A stretch of DNA of 64,000 nucleotides from contig FR902169.1 of assembly GCA_000437855.1 (NCBI GenBank), positions 4,810 through 68,809 of the forward strand, given 5' to 3'. Below the pieces are notes generated by a model, which saw nothing but the letters and a program-made list of their open reading frames with translations, searched no databases and had not been told where the DNA came from. Of the stretch, positions 37,537 through 46,747 are shown in pieces. The DNA is from Clostridium sp. CAG:567 (GTDB lineage: Bacteria; Bacillota; Clostridia; TANB77; CAG-508). Each line of letters begins with the position of its first letter. Position 1 is the stretch's first letter. The translations under genes and the position numbers were made by a program.

Positions 37537-38649
37537 ATGTTTAAAGTTTTAGTTCTATCATGTAGTACAGGTGGTGGCCATAATTCTGCTGCAAGTGCTA
37601 TAACAGAGGAATTAAGAAATAAAGGAGTTCAAGTTGATTTTAAAGAATATTTGGACTTAATAAATTATAAGATAGCTAATGTTGTAAATAAATTATATAT
37701 TAGTTCAACAAAAGGAAATGGTGCTGTTTTTAAAAGAGTTTATAAACTAGGTGAATTATATGAAAAGACAAAAATTACATCTCCGGTTTATGGTGTAAAT
37801 AAATTACATAGAAGAAAATTATATAATTATATTGTTGAAAATAAATATGATTATGTTGTAGTTACTCACCTATTCCCTGCTGAAGTTTTAACTGCTATTA
37901 AAAAACAACATGACATACATTTTATTGCAGTTGCAACAGATTATAAATCAATTCCATTTTGGCCAGAAACTAATCCAGACTATTTTATAATTCCACATAA
38001 AGATTTAATTGAAGATTTTACTAAAAAAGGTATCAGCCACGAAAAGCTAATACCTTTTGGTATTCCTGTGTCAACTAATTTTAGTAAAGATTTAGATAAA
38101 TCTAAAATATTTGCTGAATTAAATCTAGATAAAAATAAAAAATATATATTAGTTATGACAGGAAGTATGGGTTTTGGAAATGTTACAGGTATAATAGATG
38201 TTTTACAGAATGAAATTTCTGAAACAATTTTAGTTGCCTGTGGTAATAATAAAAAAGTTTATGAAGATATTTCAAATAATTATAACTCAAATAAAGTAAT
38301 TCCTATAGGTTTTACTCCACAAATTTATAAATATATGACTATAAGTGAGCTTTTATTAACTAAGCCTGGTGGTCTTACAACAACAGAAGCTGCCACAATA
38401 AATATTCCTATTATTCATACTATGCCAATACCTGGCTGTGAAACATATAATGCAGAATTTTTTGGGAGTCATGGAATGTCTATCAGCTGTAAGAATACTA
38501 ATGATATAAAAAATGCAGTAATATCTCTTTTAACTGATAAAAATAAAATGGAAAATATAATAAAAGCACAAAAACAAAATATAGATAAAAATGCTTGTAG
38601 CAAAATTTGTGAATTTATAATAGATGAAATAAGGAAATATAGTAAATGA
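37537..38649 (+). CDS. MGDG-synthase/UgtP-like (GT28) diacylglycerol glycosyltransferase
   Basis: N-terminal VLVLSCSTGGGHNSAASA and C-terminal LLTKPGGLTTTEA motifs. Confidence 0.8.
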   Translation: MFKVLVLSCSTGGGHNSAASAITEELRNKGVQVDFKEYLDLINYKIANVVNKLYISSTKGNGAVFKRVYKLGELYEKTKITSPVYGVNKLHRRKLYNYIVENKYDYVVVTHLFPAEVLTAIKKQHDIHFIAVATDYKSIPFWPETNPDYFIIPHKDLIEDFTKKGISHEKLIPFGIPVSTNFSKDLDKSKIFAELNLDKNKKYILVMTGSMGFGNVTGIIDVLQNEISETILVACGNNKKVYEDISNNYNSNKVIPIGFTPQIYKYMTISELLLTKPGGLTTTEAATINIPIIHTMPIPGCETYNAEFFGSHGMSISCKNTNDIKNAVISLLTDKNKMENIIKAQKQNIDKNACSKICEFIIDEIRKYSK

Positions 38650-39386
38650 AAGAAAATTTACAATCAAATGTAAATAATGAAAATGAAGATATAATAAAAA
38701 TGTGGGAACCACTTAAATTTGATATTGGCTTAAATTATAAATATGTAAAAAATAATATATTTTTTAAGTTAATATCAAATTTATTTTACTACATCATAGT
38801 TGCACCAATTATTTTTTTAATTTCTAACATTATTTTTGGACTAAAAATTGAAGGAAAAGAAAATTTAAAAAATATTAAGACTGGTGCTATTTCAGTATCA
38901 AACCATGTGCAATATATAGATTGTGCAATGCTTGGTCTTGCATGGTTTCCTAGAAGAATATATTACACTGCTAAAACTGATGGTTTTAAAATGCCTGTGG
39001 TTAGGCATTTAGTACGTTTGTTATATGCTATTCCTATACCAGAAAAAATTTCTTGTAAAGAAAATTTTTATAAAGCAATTGATGATTTATTAGCTAAAAA
39101 TAAAGTAGTACATTTTTACCCTGAAGCTTCTTTGTGGCCATATTACAATAAATTACGTAATTTTAAAAATGGTGCATTTAAAATTGCTTCAAAAAATAAT
39201 GTACCAATTATTCCATTTGTGTTTAGTTTTAGAAAGCCAACTGGTATTTTAAAGCTTTTTAAATCTAAACCTTGCTTAATTTTAAGTGTTCTACCACCTG
39301 TTTATCCAAAACAAAATTTAGCATTTAATGAAAGGTATTTAGATTTAAAAGAAAATGTATACAAAAAAATGAGTGAAAAAATATAA
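38646..39386 (+). CDS. Lysophospholipid/1-acylglycerol-3-phosphate acyltransferase family protein
   Basis: HX4D block SNHVQYID and FYPEAS block. The start overlaps the upstream stop (ATGA). Confidence 0.8.
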   Translation: MKENLQSNVNNENEDIIKMWEPLKFDIGLNYKYVKNNIFFKLISNLFYYIIVAPIIFLISNIIFGLKIEGKENLKNIKTGAISVSNHVQYIDCAMLGLAWFPRRIYYTAKTDGFKMPVVRHLVRLLYAIPIPEKISCKENFYKAIDDLLAKNKVVHFYPEASLWPYYNKLRNFKNGAFKIASKNNVPIIPFVFSFRKPTGILKLFKSKPCLILSVLPPVYPKQNLAFNERYLDLKENVYKKMSEKI

Positions 39387-39408
39387 AATATATTCTTTCA
39401 CTCATTTT

Positions 39409-41604
39409 TTATGCATCTTTCATTGATAGTTGAACTTTTTGTCTCTCTTGGTCAATTCCAATAACTTTAACTTTTACAATATCTCCAACTGAAACTACAT
39501 CAGATGGATTTTTTACAAAGCTATTACTTAATTGTGAAATATGTACTAACCCATCATGTTTTACACCTATATCAACAAAAGCGCCAAAGTCTGTAACATT
39601 TCTAACAGTTCCTGTTAAAACCATTCCATCTCTTAAATCTTCAAATTTAAGTACATCTGCTCTTAATATTTGCTTAGGCATTTCATCTCTTGGGTCTCTA
39701 CCTGGTTTTGACATTTCTTCAATAATATCTGCTAAAGTCATTTCTCCAACATCAAGCTCTTTTGCTGTTTCTTTTACATCTACTTCTAATAATTTAGCTT
39801 TTATTTCTGATTGTTTTTCTTTATTTAATAAATCTTCTTTTTTGTATCCTAATTTATTAAGTAAATTTTCTGCAACAGAATAACTTTCTGGGTGAACTCC
39901 TGTGATTTCTAAGGCATTTTTTCCACCAGGAATTCTAATAAATCCTGCACATTGCTCAAATGCTGCTTTTCCTAATTTAGGAACTTTTAGCAATTCTTTT
40001 CTTTCAGCTAATTTACCATTTTCATCACGATATTTTACTATGTTATTTGCAATAGTTTTATTTATTCCTGCTACATAAGAAAGTAATGATGGTGTAGCCG
40101 TATTAACATCAACTCCAACTTCATTTACTGCGTCTTCAACAACACCAGTTAAGCTTTCTGTTAATTTCTTTTGGTCAACATCATGTTGGTATTGCCCTAC
40201 TCCTATAGCCTTAGGATCTATTTTTACAAGTTCTGCAAGTGGGTCTTGCAATCTTCTTGCAATTGATATTGCACCTCTTAAAGATACGTTTATATCTGGA
40301 TATTCTTCTGTTGCAAGTTTTGATGCAGAGTATACAGATGCTCCAGCTTCACTTACAATTGCATAATGAAGTGGTCTTTCAATTTCTTTAATCATATCTG
40401 CAACAAAGCTTTCAGACTCTCTTGAAGCTGTTCCATTTCCTATTGCAATAATATCAACTTTATATTTTTCTATTAAAGCTTTTAGCTCTTTTTTTGCACC
40501 TTCTACATCATTTTGCGGTTCTGTTGGGTATACAGTAGTAGTTGCAAGTAATTTTCCTGTTTCATCAATTACTGCAATTTTACAACCTGTACGATATGCT
40601 GGGTCAAACCCCATTACTGTTAAACCTTTTAAAGGTGCTGCTAAAAGTAAAGGTTTTGCATTTTTTCCAAATACTTTAATAGCTTGAGTTTCTGCCTTTT
40701 CTGTTAAGTCAGAACGAATTTCTCTTTCAATAGATGGTTCAATTAATCTGCTCCAACTATCTGCAATTGTTTCTTCTAATATTGTAGTAAATTGAGTTTT
40801 TTGTTTAATAATGTCTCTATTTATTAAATCTAAAATTTTATCCTCTGGCTTTTCAATTTTTACTTTTAAAAATTCTTCAGCTTCTCCACGATTAATAGCT
40901 AAAATTCTGTGGCTAGGTAAATGATTTACCTTTTCGCTAAATTCATAATACATATTATATGGTGTTTTTTCTTCTGGCTTTGTAGCTTTAGTTATTATAA
41001 CACCTTCTCTATAGCAAATACGTTTAATTTGCTTACGGTATTCAGGGTTATCTGATATAATTTCTGCAATAATATCTTTTGCACCTTGAATAGCATCTTC
41101 TACAGTTGCTACAACTTTTTCTTTGTTATTTTTATCTTCTTCTGATAATTTATCAATATTTACATATTGTTTTGCAATTTCTTCAATTGGTGTTTTTTTT
41201 GTTTGAGCTAATATAATTTCAGCCAATGGCTCTAATCCTTTTGCTTTAGCTACTGTAGCTCTTGTCTTTTTCTTTTGTTTATATGGTCTATATATGTCTT
41301 CAACTTCTGCTAATGTTTTAGCATTTTCTAAATTTGCAACTATTTCGTCTGTAAGTTTTCCTTGATTTTCAATTGATGTTTTTACTTCTTCTTTTCTTGC
41401 TTCTAAGTTACGAAGGTATGTAAGTCTTTCTCCTAAATCTCTTAAGGTTTCATCTGAAAGACCACCTGTTACTTCTTTTCTATAACGTGCAATAAAAGGT
41501 ATTGTATTTCCTTCATTAATTAATTCAATTGTTCTTACAACTTGCACTAATTTTATATTTAATTCTTCTGCAATTATATTTGCAATTCTTTCTTGTGTAT
41601 CCAT
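39409..41604 (-). CDS. tex: Tex-like transcription accessory protein (YqgF/HhH/S1 domains)
   Basis: 731 aa. N-terminal TIPFIARYRKE and C-terminal S1 domain GTVRNVTDFGAFVDIGVKHDGLVHISQL. Confidence 0.9.
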   Translation of the reverse strand: MDTQERIANIIAEELNIKLVQVVRTIELINEGNTIPFIARYRKEVTGGLSDETLRDLGERLTYLRNLEARKEEVKTSIENQGKLTDEIVANLENAKTLAEVEDIYRPYKQKKKTRATVAKAKGLEPLAEIILAQTKKTPIEEIAKQYVNIDKLSEEDKNNKEKVVATVEDAIQGAKDIIAEIISDNPEYRKQIKRICYREGVIITKATKPEEKTPYNMYYEFSEKVNHLPSHRILAINRGEAEEFLKVKIEKPEDKILDLINRDIIKQKTQFTTILEETIADSWSRLIEPSIEREIRSDLTEKAETQAIKVFGKNAKPLLLAAPLKGLTVMGFDPAYRTGCKIAVIDETGKLLATTTVYPTEPQNDVEGAKKELKALIEKYKVDIIAIGNGTASRESESFVADMIKEIERPLHYAIVSEAGASVYSASKLATEEYPDINVSLRGAISIARRLQDPLAELVKIDPKAIGVGQYQHDVDQKKLTESLTGVVEDAVNEVGVDVNTATPSLLSYVAGINKTIANNIVKYRDENGKLAERKELLKVPKLGKAAFEQCAGFIRIPGGKNALEITGVHPESYSVAENLLNKLGYKKEDLLNKEKQSEIKAKLLEVDVKETAKELDVGEMTLADIIEEMSKPGRDPRDEMPKQILRADVLKFEDLRDGMVLTGTVRNVTDFGAFVDIGVKHDGLVHISQLSNSFVKNPSDVVSVGDIVKVKVIGIDQERQKVQLSMKDA

Positions 41605-43185
41605 TTATTCTACTCCTAAATATTCATTATATGTAACTTCTCTATCTATTACTGTATCTGCTTTTATATCAATAATTCTATTTGCAACAGTTTGAGTTAA
41701 TTGATGGTCATGTGAAGTAAATAACATGTTTCCTTTAAACTTTTTCATTCCCTCGTTTAACGCTGTAATAGATTCCATATCTAAATGGTTTGTTGGTTCG
41801 TCAAAAATTAAAAAGTTTGCTCCTGATAACATCATTTTTGAAAGAACGCATCTTACTTTTTCTCCACCTGAAAGTACATTTACTTTTTTAAGTGCTTCTT
41901 CGCCTGAAAATAGCATTCTTCCTAAAAAGCTTCTTACATATGTTTCATCAGGATCTTTTGAATATTGTCTTAACCAATCTGTAATTGATAAGTCTGACTC
42001 AAATAAATAGTTATTATCTTTTGGAAAATAGCTTGATGTAATTGTTGTACCCCATACTACTTCTCCTTCATCTGGTTCAAGTTCGCCTGCTATAATTTGA
42101 AATAATACAGTTTTTGCATTTTCATTATCTGCCAAAAATGCTATTTTATCATTTTGTTTTACTGTAAATGAAACATTATTTAATATTTTTTCTCCATTTA
42201 TTGTTTTAGATACATTTTTTACATGTAAAATTTCTTTTCCTGGTTCTCTATCTGGTTTAAAATCCACATAAGGATATCTTCTGTTAGATGGTTTAATTTC
42301 ATCTAATTCAATTTTTTCTAATGATTTTTTACGAGATGTTGCTTGTTTTGATTTTGAAGCATTTGCGCTAAATCTTGCAATAAAGTCTTGTAATTCTTTA
42401 ATTTTTTCCTCTTTCTTTTTGTTAGCCTCTTTCATTTGTTTTAATGCAAGTTGGCTAGATTCATACCAGAAATCATAGTTTCCTGGATATACTTTAATTT
42501 TACCAAAGTCAACATCTGCAATATGTGTACAAACTTTATTTAAAAAGTATCTATCATGTGATACAACAATAACTGTATTCTCAAAGTTTATTAAAAATTC
42601 TTCAAGCCAGCTAATACTTTTTAAATCTAAATCGTTTGTGGGCTCGTCAAGTAAAAGTATATCTGGGTTTCCAAACAATGCTTGTGCTAGCAATACTTTT
42701 ACTTTATCTTTTGCTTCTAGATTGCTCATAAGTTCATAATGTTTTTCTGGTGTTATTCCTAAATCGTTTAATAACACTGCTGCATCTGACTCAGCATTCC
42801 ATCCATCTAATTCAGCAAAACGTTCTTCTAGTTTAGCAGCTTTCATTCCATCTTCTTCTGAAAAATCAGGCTTTGCATATATTGCATCTTTTTCTTTCAT
42901 TATTTTATATAGTTCATCATTTCCCATAATTACTGTGTCCATAACAGTATATTCCTCAAAAGCAAAGTGGTCTTGTTTTAAAACAGATAATCTTTCTGTT
43001 TTTTCCTTTGTTACTTCACCTTTACTTGGTTCAAGTTCTCCTGATAGAACCTTTAAGAATGTTGATTTTCCTGCACCATTTGCTCCAATAATTCCATAGC
43101 AACATCCTTTGTTAAATTTTATATTTACATCTTCAAATAAAGTTCTTTTTCCAAATCTAATTGTTACTCCGGTAGCTGTAAGCAT
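41605..43185 (-). CDS. ABC-F family ATPase (two ABC cassettes, no TM domain)
   Basis: GANGAGKST / LLLDEPTNDLD in the first cassette; LSGGEKVR / FDEPTNHLD in the second; charged linker between them. Confidence 0.9.
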   Translation of the reverse strand: MLTATGVTIRFGKRTLFEDVNIKFNKGCCYGIIGANGAGKSTFLKVLSGELEPSKGEVTKEKTERLSVLKQDHFAFEEYTVMDTVIMGNDELYKIMKEKDAIYAKPDFSEEDGMKAAKLEERFAELDGWNAESDAAVLLNDLGITPEKHYELMSNLEAKDKVKVLLAQALFGNPDILLLDEPTNDLDLKSISWLEEFLINFENTVIVVSHDRYFLNKVCTHIADVDFGKIKVYPGNYDFWYESSQLALKQMKEANKKKEEKIKELQDFIARFSANASKSKQATSRKKSLEKIELDEIKPSNRRYPYVDFKPDREPGKEILHVKNVSKTINGEKILNNVSFTVKQNDKIAFLADNENAKTVLFQIIAGELEPDEGEVVWGTTITSSYFPKDNNYLFESDLSITDWLRQYSKDPDETYVRSFLGRMLFSGEEALKKVNVLSGGEKVRCVLSKMMLSGANFLIFDEPTNHLDMESITALNEGMKKFKGNMLFTSHDHQLTQTVANRIIDIKADTVIDREVTYNEYLGVE

Positions 43186-43250
43186 TGCTTCTCCTCCTTA
43201 TTTTTTACATACTTCGTATATTATATCATATTTTTTAATATTGTAAAGGA

Positions 43251-43288
43251 AAAAAAGCCTGAATTGCTTTAGCAATCCAGGCTTTTTT
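43251..43288. terminator. Bidirectional terminator
   Basis: aaaaaagcctg...caggctttttt stem flanked by A-run and T-run, between the DUF378 and ABC-F genes. Confidence 0.75.
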
Positions 43289-43293
43289 AGCTT

Positions 43294-43482
43294 TTATCTA
43301 TCAAATAATAATTTTATTGCCCATAATCCAGAAATTCCCACTAGAATATAAATTATTCTGCTTATTATTGACATTGCACCAAATATTGCATCGACTAAAT
43401 TAAAATTAAATATTCCGACTAGTCCCCAATTAATTGCTCCAATTATTATTAAAACTAAAGCAATTGTATCTATTACTTTCAT
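43294..43482 (-). CDS. DUF378-family small membrane protein
   Basis: MKVIDTIALVLIIIGAINWGLVGIFNFNLV signature. The start is moved to ATG 43482 (AAGGAGG upstream) rather than the track's 43524. Confidence 0.75.
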   Translation of the reverse strand: MKVIDTIALVLIIIGAINWGLVGIFNFNLVDAIFGAMSIISRIIYILVGISGLWAIKLLFDR

Positions 43483-43602
43483 TAAATTACATCCTCCTTT
43501 AAAAATTATTTTAAAAGTTTTCACTATAAAGTATATTCACTTTTCGTCATTTTATACTTTTAAAGTTTTATTATTTTTTCCATTAAAGGAGAATTTTAAC
43601 AA

Positions 43603-44550
43603 TTATTTTAACATTTCTCTTTTATTTAGCCATAAAGTTGCAATTATTGAAACTATTATTGAAATTCCAATTAAAATTGGAAATCCATAAGGATTATCTT
43701 GAAATGGTACTGGTACATTCATTCCCCAAAAACTTGCAATCATTGTTGGAATTGATAATATAATTGTTATTGATGTTAAAAATTTCATAACACCATTTAA
43801 ATTATTTGATATTATTGATGCATACGCATCCATAGTTCCATTTAAAATATCACTATATATTTTAGCCATTTCTATCGCTTGCTTATTTTCAATAATTGAA
43901 TCTTCTAATATATCTTCATCTTCTTCATAAAGTTTAATAATTTTTCCACGCATTGTTTTTTCCATTACTAGTTCATTTGATTTTAATGATGTTGTGAAAT
44001 AAACCAAGCTTTTCTCTAAATTAAGTAATTTTAATAGTGCTTTGTTCTTCATAGAATTTTTTAATGTTGATTCAGCAACTTCTGTTTCTTTATTTATCTT
44101 TTTTAACAAATTTAAATACATTGATGAATTTTTGTATAAAATTTGCAATAAAAATCTACTTTTTTTATATGTTATTATATTTTTTGTATTATTACACATA
44201 CTCTGCATAATTTCATTTTTTTTCAAAGATACTGTAATGATATAATCATCTCTTACAAATATAATTCCAATTGGCATTGTTGAATAAATTAGCGAGTCTC
44301 CTTCTCTTTCTCTAATTGGAATATCTATTATAAATAATATTGTATCATCATCTTCTTCAATATCAATTCTAGCTTTTTCCTCATAGTCTAATGCATATCT
44401 AATAAAATCTTCTTTTATTTTTAAATTATTACATACATCATTTATTTCTTCTTCTGTCGGAGAAATCATATTAATCCAATTTCCCTTTTCATATTTAGCT
44501 GTTTTTTCTGTTACATTTGTTTCAAGTTCTGTTCTATACATTTCTAACAT
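43603..44550 (-). CDS. corA: CorA-family magnesium transporter
   Basis: 315 aa with the GMN motif (FWGMNVPVPF) between two C-terminal TM helices. Confidence 0.9.
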   Translation of the reverse strand: MLEMYRTELETNVTEKTAKYEKGNWINMISPTEEEINDVCNNLKIKEDFIRYALDYEEKARIDIEEDDDTILFIIDIPIREREGDSLIYSTMPIGIIFVRDDYIITVSLKKNEIMQSMCNNTKNIITYKKSRFLLQILYKNSSMYLNLLKKINKETEVAESTLKNSMKNKALLKLLNLEKSLVYFTTSLKSNELVMEKTMRGKIIKLYEEDEDILEDSIIENKQAIEMAKIYSDILNGTMDAYASIISNNLNGVMKFLTSITIILSIPTMIASFWGMNVPVPFQDNPYGFPILIGISIIVSIIATLWLNKREMLK

Positions 44551-44574
44551 AATATTTTCCCCCTTCCGTTTTAT

Positions 44575-44602
44575 ATTATACCATATATATCTTTAAATTC
44601 AA
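44575..44602 (-). promoter_or_regulatory. Putative corA promoter
   Basis: Minus strand: TTGAAT, 16 nt, TGG-TATAAT (extended -10). Located downstream of the 44633-44661 terminator. Confidence 0.45.
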
Positions 44603-44632
44603 AATATTGAAATTTTATTACATATTTTTTAT

Positions 44633-44661
44633 AAAAAAAAATCCAAGATCACCTCTTGGAT
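44633..44661 (-). terminator. Rho-independent terminator (minus strand) upstream of the corA promoter
   Basis: atccaaga-ggtga-tcttggat followed by TTTTTTTTT on the minus strand. Confidence 0.75.
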
Positions 44662-44845
44662 TGCCGAATGTCTCTACTATTCTTGTGCCTCATCTTTTTC
44701 ATATTCTCTCTTTTTACTTTTTCTGCCAAGCATAATTGCCCAGCCTGTAGTTGCGAGAATCGAAATGACAGCTTTCGTGACAGTTGTATAAAAAATGAAA
44801 AAACGCTCGCAACAGTATTGTTTTATGTTAACTTTGTGAATAGAA

Positions 44846-44877
44846 AAATAAATCTTCTTTCTATTGAAGATTTATTT
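44846..44877 (-). terminator. Displaced terminator of tRNA-Lys(CTT) (pre-insertion arrangement)
   Basis: Minus strand: ACGCACC-AAATAAATCTTC-aatagaaa-GAAGATTTATTT-TTCT. A 12-bp stem starts directly at a copy of the tRNA 3' end. Confidence 0.6.
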
Positions 44878-44884
44878 GGTGCGT
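44875..44884. repeat. Distal copy of the tRNA-Lys(CTT) 3' end (putative att remnant)
   Basis: TTTGGTGCGT, identical to 49486-49495. Confidence 0.5.
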
Positions 44885-45023
44885 TAGCGGTACTTATTTG
44901 CGAAAAAATAGCACATTTTTTTTGCATATCCTCCCACATTTAGCACAAAAAAATTTCCATTTAATCAACTGTATATACATTTTAGCATATATAGTTAAAA
45001 ATGTATATACGGTTAATCAATTT

Positions 45024-45416
45024 TTATTCTTTTATTATTCTCTTATCTATAAAAGACCAGATTAAACATACTATCCATCCAATTAATGTCCATCCCAAAA
45101 TTATATTAATTCCTATAATATATAATTTATAACTATGATGCCTAACTAAAGCTATAATTGTAGGAATAAAATATATTAATGCTGTTATAATTAGTATAAA
45201 AACGAATGATATAACTTTTGATTTCATTGATATAATTGGTCCTTTGTTTTCTATAACATTTCCATTACTGTTTGTCAATGAACTACTTGGCATATTAGGT
45301 TTATAATCTTCTAAATTTACAGAAGTATAACCATATGCTATTTTAGGAACAAATATTAATGTTAATATAGTAAATATCATTACAATAATAAGACTTTTTG
45401 TAATTTGTTTTTTCAT
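45024..45416 (-). CDS. Membrane protein with C-terminal superinfection-immunity (Imm_superinfect) domain
   Basis: YFIPTIIALVRHHSYKLYIIGINIILGWTLIGWIVCLIWSF matches the family consensus (..GWT.iGW..aLiW..). Confidence 0.7.
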   Translation of the reverse strand: MKKQITKSLIIVMIFTILTLIFVPKIAYGYTSVNLEDYKPNMPSSSLTNSNGNVIENKGPIISMKSKVISFVFILIITALIYFIPTIIALVRHHSYKLYIIGINIILGWTLIGWIVCLIWSFIDKRIIKE

Positions 45417-45481
45417 TTTTAACCTCCTAGTTAGCTTATTAGCTAATTAAAATTTTCTAGTATTATTTATTTTTAATCTTG

Positions 45482-46468
45482 TTATTCAGCTTTATATATT
45501 TTTCCATCTTTTACTTCATATACAATACTATTACTGATTTTTTCTAAATTCATGATATGAGTGCATATGTAAGCAGAATATTTCCCATTGTCCAAATCTA
45601 CTGGTAAGTTATCTACACCTTCTTTTATCTCCCTCATAGATACAACTTTATCGTTTTTGTCGAATATGTATAAAAGTACATCATTATTACTTATAAATTC
45701 ATCCAATGTACACCCTACTGTTTGATAAGAAATTGTTTGATTGGGTTGCAATACTATATTTATTTTATACTGTTTATTATTGGCAAATTCGTATATGTCA
45801 TGACTTTCTGCTGATAAATCTACACCATTAATTTCTTTTATAATCTTACTATTTTTATATACTGTAATTACATTGATACTATTTTCACCATATGAACTTT
45901 GATATAACAAAGCTCTTACTTTAGCTACATTTCCAATAGGTATTATGTATTCGCCTTCATTAATTTCAAGATAATAATCATATATATTATGTTTTCTTCT
46001 AGATCTTATGTCATGTATTATTTTCCAATTATTAGTTTTTATTTCTATCGTTTTATTACTAATAATATCTCCTAATGCTCTAAAAGTCATTTCTATGCCA
46101 TATATTTTTTTACTATCTATCGTATATTTTTTATATGGTCGTATGGCACTATAGTTTAAATTAAAAGCAAATATAATTAAAATAATTAACACTATTATAG
46201 GCATATGCTTTGAGGTAAAGCTAACTTCATCGGTTTTTCTCAAAATTATAATAGGTAAAATAGATATTACTATAAATCCCATTAATAAAGTCATAAAGAT
46301 ACTATCAGACAATAATGATAATAAAAGTAGTATATTGTTAGTCTTATCAAATAATGTTCTTCCATGAAATATAAAGTACATGATAATAAAAATAATGAAA
46401 CTAATCATTACTAATATTAGCTTTTTCGGATTTAATTTATTTTCTGATTGAAAATTATTAAAATCCAT
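45482..46468 (-). CDS. Hypothetical membrane protein (4 N-terminal TM helices plus a soluble C-terminal domain)
   Basis: 328-aa ORF. No recognisable motif. Confidence 0.5.
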   Translation of the reverse strand: MDFNNFQSENKLNPKKLILVMISFIIFIIMYFIFHGRTLFDKTNNILLLLSLLSDSIFMTLLMGFIVISILPIIILRKTDEVSFTSKHMPIIVLIILIIFAFNLNYSAIRPYKKYTIDSKKIYGIEMTFRALGDIISNKTIEIKTNNWKIIHDIRSRRKHNIYDYYLEINEGEYIIPIGNVAKVRALLYQSSYGENSINVITVYKNSKIIKEINGVDLSAESHDIYEFANNKQYKINIVLQPNQTISYQTVGCTLDEFISNNDVLLYIFDKNDKVVSMREIKEGVDNLPVDLDNGKYSAYICTHIMNLEKISNSIVYEVKDGKIYKAE

Positions 46469-46515
46469 TATATTTTTTCCTTTCTCAATATTTTTTTATT
46501 CAATTTCTAAAAAAA

Positions 46516-46544
46516 TTGACAAACTGAAATTATTTGTGTATAAT
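46516..46544 (+). promoter_or_regulatory. Consensus sigma-A promoter driving a short non-coding transcript
   Basis: TTGACA (46516-46521), exactly 17 nt, TATAAT (46539-46544). Confidence 0.7.
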
Positions 46545-46550
46545 ATTAAT

Positions 46551-46631
46551 AGGAAATAAGTAACCACAAATGTGGTTGCCGTGTAATATGTAAAAAACAC
46601 ATCAGACTGGCAAGTTACAGATGTGTTTTTT
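46551..46631 (+). ncRNA. Candidate ~80-nt antisense sRNA (type I antitoxin-like)
   Basis: Runs from the consensus promoter to the terminator aaaaaacacatc-16 nt-gatgtgtttttt. Internal hairpin AACCACA-aa-TGTGGTT. No ORF. The 3' 40 nt are antisense to the 3' end of the convergent peptide gene. Confidence 0.45.
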
Positions 46632-46636
46632 ATTGT

Positions 46637-46747
46637 CTATTTGCTTAAAAATACTATAAATATAATTAAGGCAAATACTATAATAGTTTCGACAACTAAT
46701 GCAAATAAAAGTAAGTATATTATTTCTAATAAAACAGCTTCTATCAT
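46637..46747 (-). CDS. 36-aa hydrophobic peptide (candidate type I toxin)
   Basis: GGAGG, 7 nt, then ATG. MIEAVLLEIIYLLLFALVVETIIVFALIIFIVFLSK. The stop is followed by the same hairpin acting as a terminator on the minus strand. Missed by the ORF track (too short). Confidence 0.45.
   Translation of the reverse strand: MIEAVLLEIIYLLLFALVVETIIVFALIIFIVFLSK

Noticed and set aside
44633-44940. M-box (ykoK) Mg2+ riboswitch upstream of corA
   Set aside because: This was expected from context, but the conserved M-box elements (for example GUUAGGUGAGGC near the 5' end) are not present. A separate corA promoter lies downstream of the terminator. Only a weak GAUGAGGCAC resemblance is present, and it is in the wrong position.
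44656-44943. 95-aa plus-strand ORF upstream of corA
   Set aside because: It has a non-ATG start and no RBS. It spans two minus-strand terminator hairpins and the putative att repeat. I treat the region as non-coding (see findings).
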